Program-made: the position numbers and the translations under genes
Source of the DNA: Neoechinorhynchus agilis
Lineage: Eukaryota; Animalia; Acanthocephala
Length of the DNA: 64,000 nt
Direction: 5' to 3'
Assembly: GCA_051530055.1 (NCBI GenBank)
Contig: CM121341.1
Location: 14,052,784 to 14,116,783 of the forward strand
Notes under the pieces: model-generated
Seen by the model: the letters and a program-made list of their open reading frames with translations, nothing else
Told to the model about the DNA's origin: nothing
The model's database searches: none
Shown: positions 36,541 through 47,289 of the stretch, one piece after another
Layout: every line of letters starts with the position of its first letter
How positions within the stretch are numbered: the first letter of the stretch is position 1

Positions 36541-37420
36541 TTTTTTTAGAATCATAAGTTTTATTATACATTCCAATATTAACTATGCAATCACTATGGT
36601 CCGCAAAATCTTAGCTTCTCTCCTTCCTCGGCTGTCGCTATCACGCTAGCAGCATTGCCTCGTTGTACTGCGAGCGAGATATTTTGTCGCAAGAATACAC
36701 CTGCTTGTGCGTCGCCGGTTGTTCCTCTCAATTTCTTCGAGAGATCCTGGAGCAGAGTGCGTGCCGAGCTGCCAAGCGCTCCACATGTCTCTATTCCGAA
36801 AGGGACAAAATAGTGGCATTTTCGTAACTTCCTCCCTTCCGCTGCACTAGCTGCGCCTCCAGCGATTTCGAGAGAGTGGGGAATGTTGCTTACTGCGAGG
36901 GTGCCCACACACGTGGCATCCCAGAGAAGGCATTTGACCTCCCGCCACGGAAAGACGGAAATTCCGTCAGGTCGACGACCGTCTATTCGACATAGATGGG
37001 CAGGTTCCAAGATGTTGGGGAAGTTCGCCGTTCTCAACGCCCGAGAAATTACGCTATTGGTCTCAGAATGGCGTGAGAACCTTCCTCTTGACTTTCGGCA
37101 AACGAGACCGTGCCGCCCGAAAGCATCAACCAAAGACCCACATCGACAGCGATGGGGCGTGCATATCAGGAGACCAAGTCTTAAGGACACTGTGATCCTC
37201 GTTACCTCATCAGTGAGAAGAGTTCCCACAGATGCTAGAGGAACAGTCTCCAACCACACCCCCGATTCTCGTGTCGAAACTGCCAACAATCTAGCTCGGA
37301 CGACCGCATCGCGAGAACCTGAAAGTAGAGAGCGTAACGATCATTTCCGCAGACATTGCGAGGGAGAGTTCTGCACATCAGCTAGACAAAGCTACAGAAC
37401 TGCTCAACAAGAGGGATGAA
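36541..37420 (-). mobile_element. CRE-like element, 5'-truncated (C2), with AATAAA and A tail
   Basis: ORF 36594-37289 (RLE motifs DGRRPDG, LLWDATC, AVQRGNAASV) and an A7 tail at 36541-36547. Confidence 0.9.
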
Positions 37421-37474
37421 CTTTCCGTTTCGATGTCGCTACTATAACACACTTCAAAACTCCACGTGCCTTTG

Positions 37475-37520
37475 TAGATTTCTGAAGAAGCCGTAAGACG
37501 CCGAAAGCTCGAAAATATTG
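37475..37520 (+). ncRNA. Solo minimal hammerhead-like motif
   Basis: CTGAAGA-A-GCCGT-aag-ACGCC-GAA-AGCT-C, with one stem II mismatch and a short stem I. Confidence 0.5.
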
Positions 37521-38129
37521 ATTTATCTTTATATCTACAACAACCCGTCTAAGTGTCCAATAAAAAAACCTGGTCAATCACGCGGCTAGCAAATAAACTT
37601 GTATTGCACATGATTTTTCGAATTGATGCCATTAAACTTTATTTTTTAAATGCCTGCATGGAAGAGAACTTTATAAGTTAATAAAGTCAAATATGTGAAC
37701 TTGAAACATATTTTCATAAATTCCGGAGTATACGAAAGCTTTGTTTAAAGCAGAGACGTTTCTAAATATTTCATAAGAGTGCAATTTAAGTATGTTCATT
37801 AAAGTGAAGTTCTAGCAACAAATCGTGTTCCATGTTGGTGATTTTCAAATTGCTTCATTTTTGATTTAAAACGGTCAAGCTGGTCGCCAACAAAAATTGA
37901 AAAAAATGATAATCAGTTTGTTCGGTTTTCTTGAAGCCTACTGATTGTAGCCATAATCCATATAAAGCAGCATTTTAATTCTCTTCTGAATTCGTCGCAA
38001 CCTTCAAGGCAAAAGCGTTTATTGACCGAAACTCTTCGAATCGACTTTTGCCTGAAAATAAGCAATAATATTTGCGTTCCTCGCAAGCGTTCAATGAAAC
38101 CAAAGATCAATATCAAGAACTGTAAACAT

Positions 38130-39768
38130 CCTCTTCCAATAAGAATGTAATTGAGTGGAATAGGAAAGTCCAAGAATACATCTTGTCAGCGTATTTTTTC
38201 GGATATCTTTTAACTCAGGCAATTGGAGGCGTCTTAGCCTACAAACTGGGATCGCAACGAGTATTGATCATATCAGTAACCGGAAGTTCTTTGTGTACAC
38301 TGGCAACACCATTCGCAGCAAAAATGAGTCCAGTGCTAATGTTTATTGTTCGATTTATTCTGGGATTTCTTGCAAGCGTCAACTGGCCTGCGCTCTTGCA
38401 TTTACCCAGTGAATGGGCTAAGAAAGAAGTCAATTAATTGCCATAAGCAATTTCGGGGCACAATTGAAGGGAATTGTCGCTCTTCCGTTATCCACCATAC
38501 TTTGCGAGCAATCGTTTTTGGACGAATGACCTGTGGTTTTCTACGTGTCTGGTACCATTGGAGTAATCTGGACGATTACATGGGCGCTTCTGGCCAGATC
38601 GCGGCCAGAAGATCACCACTTTATCCCAAAACGAGAACTTGAGTATATTTGCCGGCGAACTTCCCAACATCTTGGAACCCGAACATCTTTGTCGACTAGA
38701 CGGTCGTCGACCTGACGGAATTTCGGTATTTCTGTGGTGGGATGGCAAATGCCTTCTCTGGGACACCACGTGTGTGGACACCCTCGCAGTAGGCAACATT
38801 CCCTACTCACTCGAAATCGCTGGAGGTGCAGCCAGTGCAGCGGAAGGGAGGAAGGTACGAAAATATAGGGTTATAACAAGGGCCCACTGTCATTGAGAGA
38901 CACGACCTGCGACACACGTGCAGGTGTATTCCTGCGACAAAATACCTCGCTCGCAGTACAAGGAGGCAATGCTGCAAGCGAGATAGCGACAGCCGATGAA
39001 GGAGAGAAGCTAAGGTTTTGTGGACGGTGGTGATCGTATCGGAACTTACAAATAAACGTTCTTTTTGGAAAAAATTTCCTTAGCAAGTGGCGAAGCTCCA
39101 AAAGTTCCATCCAAGGTCATATTAACATCAATCCCTTGTTGGGAATGTTTACATCCCATTTTTTCAAAGCTGTTGGATTTTTTACTCTTCTAACAAACAT
39201 AAGTACGTACAGCAAGGACGTTCTGAATTTCAACGTAAAGAAATGCTAATTTCTGAGTTCGGTACCCTACATCTTCTATTGGCTAATGACTCTGATCAGC
39301 GGAGTAACGTGTGATAAACTTATTAACGCCGGAACGATGGATCGTACAATGGCACAAAAAGTCTTTACAGCGCTCGGAAACTTTCAACCTGGAATTTTCA
39401 TATTCCTTACAAGATTTGTGACTGCTAAAACAGCTTCGGCCCCGCTACCCTGCTGTTTACGCTGGTCTTGGTGACGAAGTGGGTTGTCTTGCGACATGGC
39501 GGCAAGATTTGCTGGCATAATCTGGGGTATTTCTAACACGTTTGGAATACTGTCAGGAGTATTGTGCTCGACAATGTTCGACGTGGTAGTGAAAGATGGA
39601 TTGGCAAGTCAGTGGCGCATTATATTTGGCATTTGTACCGTTTGCTATTTCATTTCGGGATTATCCTTTATATTGACGGGAACCTCGGAGGTGCAACCAT
39701 GGGCTCTCGATAAGGACGAACACGAGATAGATGAACAGGAAGAGGATGATGAAATAGCTACTTTGTGA
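38130..39768 (+). pseudogene. SLC17/sialin-like MFS anion transporter pseudogene, apparently intronless, split by a CRE insertion
   Basis: EWNRKVQEYILSAYFFGYLLTQAIGG, NWPAL..L.SEWA, VFYVSGTIG, FAGIIWGISNTF, EVQPWA. Frameshift near 38430, TGA replacing the expected Trp near 38527, further stops and deletions. Confidence 0.85.
38651..39074 (+). mobile_element. CRE-like 3' fragment inserted in the SLC17 coding sequence
   Basis: NILEPEHLCRLDGRRPDG...AVQGGNAASE, then AATAAA and A6. Removing it restores the in-frame EYIFSLASGEAPKVP. Confidence 0.85.
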
Positions 39769-40019
39769 TACATCCATTTTAAATAGTTTTAGTAGATCAC
39801 TTCCAATGCCCGTGATCGAAGTAAAAACAATTACACACTCTTGTAAAGCTTTACGTTCTTCAGTTATTCTCGTTGTTCTCAACAGCCTTCTTGGCTTGTG
39901 ACTACAAGTGACCAATTATGTTAAATCTTTCTTGGTCGATGAAAATAAAACCAAAGCGATTTTAAACCATAATCACGTATCTTAACTTACGACTTACAAA
40001 GTTTTCGCCAAACCTATCA

Positions 40020-40502
40020 AGCAACACAAATTTTAGTGTTTGAAGGAAATCATCTATGTGAAAAACCTGATATCAATGATAATCTAATAAACGTGACTTA
40101 TGGGAATATCTGGTTTTGAGCGAAATAAGATTTCGTTCGCCAAAATTAAAATCTATGAAAAGAATCAAGGAAAATACATCTTCGATTGTGCACAAGAAAG
40201 GGAGTCAGTTAATGAATACGAATCGCAATTTTTAAAAAATTGCAGATTCAACTAAAATATTTCACTAAGACGTGCTTGAGTGTTCTTTCAAACTGTATTC
40301 AATGATTGTTATACGTTTGTGCTCTGAACTATTATAAGGCATAAATTATTATTGACTAAATTTTAATAAAAAGAAACGACTATGAATAATTTTTACAGGC
40401 ATTGCTTTAATTTAAGGTTTTTACGACCTTCAGTTTTCTGCCGTGACCCTGGGACTAGAAAAAATTAGTGGCCCGTGGTGCTAAAAAGGTTGGGCAGCAC
40501 TA
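40020..40502 (+). mobile_element. hAT (Charlie/Buster-like) DNA transposon 3' remnant
   Basis: Transposase C-terminus similar to 45380-45500 (ending SH*/FH*) and a hAT-like terminus aaaaaggttgggcagcact. Confidence 0.6.
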
Positions 40503-41661
40503 ACTTAAAACGATGTTTTCAGAGCTCTCGACCACAACAAAACCTCAGCTGCGGATCTTTTAACTTAAAGATCGACAATATCTGGGCCATCCAACGCTTT
40601 AAGCAACAAAGAACACTGACTCCATAGATCTATCTTTTGTGGCACAAGAAGACTCACCAACACCATCAAAGGAGAAACAGCGTCATTGTTGCATCGACGG
40701 ACAGCCGAAAGCAAATAAGCAAAAGTCCAAATGCTTATAAATTTGCTTATATTTATAGCTTAAGAAGCTGCAATGCTCGACGTCTTTTAAAATCATTTAT
40801 AGAAAGAGCACAACGAAGCCGTTTTCGAAATTACGAAACATAGTGCTGAGTCAATTGAAGTATGAGAGTGAAAATGGTGTGAAAACGGAAGAATAATGAC
40901 TTAATTTTTTAACGTCGATCGTGTTACTTCGATATTTTGAAGGTTTGGTTTCACGATGTTTCATTGTTAAAGAGTAATAGACAAAAAAATGTTTCATTGT
41001 AATTAGAAAGTTTATAAGCCATTGAATGTCATCTTTGAACCACAATGTCCTTTTCCTAATCACAATCTATATGTCGATCGATTATTTCTACCCATTTTAA
41101 CTGCCCTTTTTATATATATTTTTAAACACATTTAAACCTTTAATTCAAAAAATTCCGTAATTTTGCTATCAGCTTTTACACCAGAATTCACAGTCCATTA
41201 TTTTCAGGCGATATTTTTGCTGTAAGAAATTCCGTCGGCTACAATCGCCGATTCTCCAAAAAGTAGGTTTCGATGATTAATATTACATTTTCCATTTCCG
41301 CTTCTCGTGCTAGATTTCGACGTTTTGGGGTTTGGTTGGCAAGTCGGAATGTGCAAAAAATATTATAGTGAATTTTTTAAGTTTTTACTGGCAAGCCGGT
41401 TGATGAGTTCCGCCTCCTGGAGGTATCTGAGGATCCGGAGGAATGTACAAACTCTTAACCGACATTAGAGACTATGTGATTATATCACTTCTCTGATGTA
41501 ATTGGTTTGGCTTTATGCCTAAATAAATAAGCCGGACAAGAAAGGGATTGACTAAAATTGAATGATGATAACATACCGGCTTGCCAGTAAAAACTTAAAA
41601 AATAGAACACAGCGCTCACCCTGAGTCGATAAACTGGCTGAGTTTGACATTTCGTAGTTGT

Positions 41662-41733
41662 GTCGAGGTGGTCAAGTGGACTAATGCCCGTGATCCCGAT
41701 TAGGGGTCAAGTGGTTCGAATCCGTTACCACCA
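41662..41733 (+). promoter_or_regulatory. tRNA-derived Pol III internal promoter (A and B boxes), ending in CCA
   Basis: A-box-like TGGTCAAGTGG and B box GGTTCGAATCC at tRNA spacing. The acceptor stem does not pair, so this is not called a functional tRNA. Confidence 0.75.
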
Positions 41734-41750
41734 ATGACGCACAGCCAAAG

Positions 41751-41815
41751 GGGACGAAATACCGCTGAAGGGAGGAAACTCACTGATGAGTCCCGCCTCC
41801 TGGAGGTATCTGAGG
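41751..41815 (+). ncRNA. Hammerhead ribozyme strands in non-canonical order
   Basis: gggac-GAAA-tacc (41751-41763), ctca-CTGATGA-gtccc (41779-41794) and ggta-TC-tgag (41805-41814). All three stems are perfectly complementary. Confidence 0.65.
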
Positions 41816-42138
41816 ATCCGGAGGAATGTACAAACTCTTAACCGACATTAGAGACTATGTGGTTATATCACTTCTCTGATGTAATTGGTTTGGCTTTATG
41901 CCTAAATAAATAAGCCGGACAAGAAAGGGATTGACTAAAATTGAATTATTATAGTGAATGCAAACCTTTCTAGTTAATTTGCTAAGAAATGGTTTCGTGC
42001 TTATTGAAACTTTTAATGAATATGGATGATATTCGAAAAACAAATAATTTTTTGTCAAGGTGCGCAGTTTTTGAACTTAATTTTGATTTCCTCCGCCGCT
42101 AAACACGTTGATGAGGTCTCGATTTTCGCGCCTATTCG

Positions 42139-42469
42139 ATACACTTTCTTAAATCAATCACTCCTGTTCTTAGGTTTTCTCGCTGAATTGTCTCTGTTAC
42201 CAGAGATGTTTTCTCGTTTGAAAGATTTTTTATTTTAGATGTAGAAATTCTAGAATTATTTTCACTCGTTTTTGTGCGAGTTGGCAGAATTAAAAATGGT
42301 AGTGCGCACCAGAAAATAACAATTGACTGAAGAAGGCCAACGTAAAGGTCGAAAATTTTCAAGATAAATCTAAAATAAAAAATCTTTCAAACGAGAAAAC
42401 ATCTATGGTAACAGAGACAATTTAGGGATAAAACCTAAGAACAGGAGTGATTGATTTAAGAAAGTGTAT
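42139..42469. repeat. Inverted repeat (102-bp arms) enclosing a minimal hammerhead motif
   Basis: Arms 42139-42240 and 42368-42469. Hammerhead ttga-CTGAAGA-A-GGCC..GGTC-GAA-AATT-T-tcaa at 42323-42362 (+). Confidence 0.8.
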
Positions 42470-42479
42470 GGATCAAGGA

Positions 42480-43900
42480 TTTTCTTGGTCTACGCCACCC
42501 GGATCCCTTCCCTAATCTGTCCTCCACTAAATTAAAACAGGTTCTAGATTCCATTAATCAGAACCTCTGCCTTGACCCAATTTACAGTCACTGCTCAACA
42601 TAAGTCGTTTGTCAACCAGCCGCTACTCCCCTCAGTCTTGTCATACAAAGTATTTAAGTATCTCATGAAATAACCTAAAAATTCGTCCTCTCAATCCGAA
42701 ATCCCAAACTGGGCTCTTCGCTGCATCATCCCTGAACTTCTCGACCCTCTTACCCACATTATAAACCTCAGCTTTATATATGGAATCTGCCCCTCTTGCC
42801 TGTAAACTGCCGAAGTTATACTCGTTCCAAAAAAGGGCATCCTATTTCGGTCGAATCATTCCGTCCGATTTCCATTCTACTCGCTCTTTTAAAGATCATC
42901 GAAAAATGTTTTAAATCTCGTCTTCTTTCACTTCTCCACGAAAAGTTATCGCCCTTACAAATTGGCTTCCGACCCAGATTTTCTGCAACCGATGCCCTAC
43001 TTTGTATTTATGACACGCTCCTACGCGACCTCGACGACTCCATGGACCATTCACTTCTTCTACGGGCATGCTCCGATTTTGATATCAACTTTTGGCAGAT
43101 CCGCTGGCTCGAATCTTATCTTCACAATCGCAAACAATACATTCACTGCTGTTCTACCTCTTCTATCAGCCTATCCCTCTCCAAAGGCGTACCTCAGCGT
43201 GCTGTCACCACTTCTCTTTAATATCTTTCCAAACAACCTCAAACCTTTCTCCTCTCACTCTAAACTCTTCGTATATGCCGACGATATCGCCATCATCACT
43301 CATTCACCGACCTACCTCTCCCTTTCTTTAACTTCTAAAGAAATCACATACATAAAAGATTTCAGCACCAATCACAAACTCCATCTCAATTTCTCTAATT
43401 GCTTAAAAATGATCCCATCTCTCTTCCGCAACCCCACAACATCCCCTGAGCTTTTAAACGACATCCTACGAGTAGCCTCCCTGAGAATTCTGGGTATCCA
43501 ATTTCAATCACTCGCACATCACTCTCTGTCATAATTTATCTCCTCAAACGCCTCCGACATTTAGGATTCCCTTCACCCGACCTCTACAAATTTTACTTCC
43601 CCACCTACGGTTACCCCGTATTTTGCAACCTTTCCAAATCGCTAATCCACAGTCTTGAAATTTGTCACAAAAGAGCAACTAAAATTTGCACAACTGACTT
43701 TGCCCCTCTCACGTAATGTCTTGATGCCATTTTCATAAAACAATCAAAACGCCTCTCAACCCTACCACCAAAATTTCAACCACATATCGCTCCCTTTTTA
43801 CACGAGCACAACACTCGTAATCCTAATTCGTATCACCCTTCTATACCTCGCACCTTATCTTCTCGCATATCATAACCGAAAGACTACATTCAAAAGCCGA
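42480..43900 (+). mobile_element. LINE family A, 5'-truncated RT fragment
   Basis: FRPISILL...QIGFRPRFS..DALL, YADD, LRILGIQF. Collinear with 1-1060. Confidence 0.85.
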
Positions 43901-44989
43901 TAACACTGTGCATGTTTGTCTAATTTCGAGAACTCTGCATTCGTCAACTGAGATGAAACATGGAAGCTCACACTCGATACAAAATCATGAGTGATCTCAT
44001 TAATGGTCAATATATGATCGGCATACTCATGGTGCACCCATACATTTATTGATTATTTTCTCATTTTACATATTTGCAGCAAGCTTCATTTTCCAACCCA
44101 TAAAAAAGTTGATATCTAAAATCAAGATAATTAATTTCTGAGTGTTTGAAAATCTCTGACGTTCGTTAACTTTTTTCGGGAAAAATCTCCGTAATTTTTT
44201 AATCGACACACAACAACGGTCAAATGAAAATATTCAAAAGCTTTTCTCGTTTAAAAGGATAGATAATCTTACAGAGAACAACTTTGACTTCTCAACGGGG
44301 GACGATCTAAATACTACTGTAAAATCCTCTAGTTTGTCATTTCCAGCATATTTCAAAGTTCCTTAACAGATTCTTGTAAATTCCACAATAATACGCTGCT
44401 TAGTAATGATGAAATATATAACACATTGTCTCAGTAACATCTTTTACGCACGATAAAAATTTCAAGAAAACATAAGAAACTTCGACGCTTAACTTTCATA
44501 AAACGTTATTCGGTTTTCATCCCATCTTCGAAATTCAAGACTGTAAAGAGTTTCAGAAATTTTCGGGAAGAGATTTATTGCGTCATTGTAAACTCAACTC
44601 ACAAGTAATAACCCTGCACAGTTGTAAAACTTATGCCTGACCACATCGCTTGGTTATATTGCATGAGGGAATGTGTGCTATGTTTATAGGTTACTTCAGT
44701 GCTCAATGTTAATCCCTGATTAAGCAACGACAAGCTCGATTTCCCCACCTTGTTCCCACGATACGCTATTCCTTGATCGTGTTTGAGAAGAGGTTGCGTG
44801 TCGATAAAATACGGTCGTGGTTCCTCCAAATCAGTGCTGTACTCAAGGAATTTTTCGGGAAACTTTTGAAGTCTATTTACTTTGTTTTTCTAGAAAAATT
44901 ATTCTTACCCTATTGAGATTTTCATGATAACACTATTCGTCCAGTAGTGCTGTCATTCTATAAATATTATCGTTTGCTGTATTTGTTTG

Positions 44990-45060
44990 ATCTTCTAGTC
45001 TAGCTGGTTAACGTGCTCTCAGAAAACCAAATCTTGAGTTCGAATCCCAAAATTTAAGAA
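44990..45060 (+). other. Second tRNA-derived (SINE-head-like) remnant
   Basis: A-box-like TAGTCTAGCTGG (44996-45007) and B box GAGTTCGAATCCC (45036-45048). Confidence 0.5.
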
Positions 45061-45149
45061 GTCGACTGGTGGTGCGCCTGAAAAAAATAACTGCAGCACT
45101 TGATAAATATATTTATTCTTAACTCGTTTCAAAGACATTCGCGGTCTTA

Positions 45150-45520
45150 ATTCTATGTGATATTTCCATCGCAACAACAAATGAGATGAAGGTACAATAC
45201 AGTTTAAAATAATTGAAATGCAACATTGTATGGCTCTTCGTGAGAAACTCAAGGATACGCTATCAACGTAGTTCTGGCTGATGAATTTCTACAGATATCG
45301 AAATGATGTAAAAAGTTATTGACAATGTTTGGAATTACCTACGTTTGTGAAACTGGATTTCTAAAAAATAATAACATCAAGTCGAAAAAAAACTCTTACT
45401 GACGAACATCTAGAAAATCTAATGAGGGCGCCAGTTAATGAATACGAAGAGCAATTTTAAAAAATTGCAGATACAATTCAAATATCTCACTAAGAAGTGC
45501 CTGAGTGTCTATTTCAATTT
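45150..45520 (+). mobile_element. hAT (Charlie/Buster-like) transposase C-terminal remnant
   Basis: KLLTMFGITYVCETGFS and LTDEHLENLMR...QISH*. Confidence 0.75.
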
Positions 45521-46070
45521 TGTAAGGGAGTGTAGAAGAGCGTGTATAAATTTCACTATTAACATCAACACACCAAATCCGATAATTCTAAAAAGCTCGG
45601 CAACTTATAATTAAAACCAACATAAAAAGTGTTTATCCTGAAAGTATTAGAAATAAAGCTACGGTTCTAAAATGAACCTTTGTTTTCACTTTCTATTGGC
45701 TGTTTGGAAAAGATAATTACGGCGAATCCTTAAGCTTTGAAAATATTGGAAAATTAAGGTTTTTAGTCACAGTGAAAAACGCTTTTAATAACTTCGTCGT
45801 TTCCTTTGAAGATACCTAGCCATCTTACCTGTAAAATATATTAGATTAGTTTAGACATCAATAAGAATACAGTTAGCACTAAAGAGAAAAATTTGCATGG
45901 CCGGCTTTATTAAAATTTTCATAGGTAAGTTTCGTATAATTTGCAGACATTTTCGAGACCAGTGATTGTTGCCGAAAACTCATGTAAAGCAAATGATGTA
46001 GATCATCTATCGTTCAGCGGCATTTTACTTCAATCACATCACAATCGTTCATGTCTACATTCAAAAAAGT

Positions 46071-46898
46071 TCAATCACCGTATGAGAACGTATGATTCAC
46101 GATTACTAACGAAGGTTTATCTACAAGAACTCTAAACCTTTTATCAAGATTATCTTTGAATCCATTCGCAGTGCTGACCATTCCAACTCCAAATTCCAAC
46201 TCCGATTTATGCATTTCGTATTTCAATCCACGTGAAGAAACAACCGTTTTGCCGAGCATTGGTACAACACCACAATAATTTCCACATTGGTGACAATCAC
46301 TCGCATCGACTTCATTTTCGTCACCGTCTTTTATCATGAACACAATATCAGTGTCTGTAAGAAAGTAAATCGGGCACGAAAATTCAAAAGAATGAAGATG
46401 AAGAGCATGAACAATGTTTAAGGTATGATCGAACCTCTTCGCAAGAAGGCCGATGATATAAACGCAATTCAAATCATTAGATAGCACCTTATCGCTTTTT
46501 AGCAGCATCAATGTCTTTTCGAAATCTGTATAATTTTGGTTTTCAAGAGGAATTACCGTTCGTTTGTTATACCCATTCCTCAATTGAATAACAAACGAGT
46601 TTATCTCGACGCCTTGGTCAATGAAAAATGCCTTTGCCTCATCTGAAATTGAGTCCATGTCTCCACAAATCATTGTGGGAATACGTGGTTTCTCAAGACG
46701 AGCACCATTACGAATCTCTTCACAAAGATCATTAGCAGCTCCGTCAACACAAAGCCGAACCGATGATCGATTCCAAATATATTTGCTGTGGAAATCAGTT
46801 GGGCGAAATTGACCAACTCGATTGAGGAGAATCGATGCCATTTTGTTTGGAGCTGATTTAGCAAATCCCATGAACGGTTTGAAATGTTTTGTAAGCAT
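46071..46898 (-). CDS. TPK1: Thiamine pyrophosphokinase
   Basis: VRLCVDGAAN, GDMDSI, QNYTDFEK, GLLAKRFDH, CGVVPM, SRGLKY, VSTAN motifs in one ORF. The start codon could be a nearby downstream ATG. Confidence 0.92.
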   Translation of the reverse strand: MLTKHFKPFMGFAKSAPNKMASILLNRVGQFRPTDFHSKYIWNRSSVRLCVDGAANDLCEEIRNGARLEKPRIPTMICGDMDSISDEAKAFFIDQGVEINSFVIQLRNGYNKRTVIPLENQNYTDFEKTLMLLKSDKVLSNDLNCVYIIGLLAKRFDHTLNIVHALHLHSFEFSCPIYFLTDTDIVFMIKDGDENEVDASDCHQCGNYCGVVPMLGKTVVSSRGLKYEMHKSELEFGVGMVSTANGFKDNLDKRFRVLVDKPSLVIVNHTFSYGD

Positions 46899-47289
46899 CT
46901 TAAATCACAGCGAGAGAGAGAGCTGAGCCTTACCAAAAGGATGTGTGAATCCACCAGCCTTGATGAGAAGAACTGCTTATAACAACGTTAGTGATGATGA
47001 TGATGATGAAGCAGCATCATCCAAGCAGAATTAACGTGCCTGAGGAACAAAATAGGCAACAAGGACGAATTTTCTTTGGATGCGTGCGAATACCACAAAT
47101 TACGCATATTGTCCATCAAATCAAGCTAACAAAGTCATAAAATCTTTTAGGAACATTTCCCGTCTGCGTAGAAAAGAAGTAACGCTCATCCGTTTTATGT
47201 TGAACATCTAAGAGTTTGCTCAGCCCTGCGACATGCAAGTGCGGTGCCAAGACGGACAGTAACGGAACTCAAGGACTCGACTAACCTAA

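Larger units (their letters stand above)
41374..41946 (+). mobile_element. tRNA-headed, hammerhead-containing retroposon (retrozyme/SINE-like), about 1.4 tandem units of 383 bp with a 13-bp TSD
   Basis: TSD tattatagtgaat at 41361-41373 and 41947-41959. 41401-41563 repeats 41784-41946. 41374-41400 is an inverted copy of about 41574-41601. Confidence 0.8.

Noticed and set aside
39036-39083. 48-nt GT-AG intron in SLC17
   Set aside because: Better explained as the CRE 3' UTR plus A tail; removing 38651-39074 restores the frame exactly.
41662-41733. Functional tRNA gene
   Set aside because: The boxes are good but the acceptor and anticodon stems do not pair, and it is embedded in a TSD-flanked repeat.
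44599-44829. Possible hAT transposase fragment (QGIAYRG)
   Set aside because: A single short motif with no further support.
45278-45303. CTGATGA...GAAA hammerhead
   Set aside because: Stem II is not well formed and the sequence lies inside hAT transposase coding remnant.
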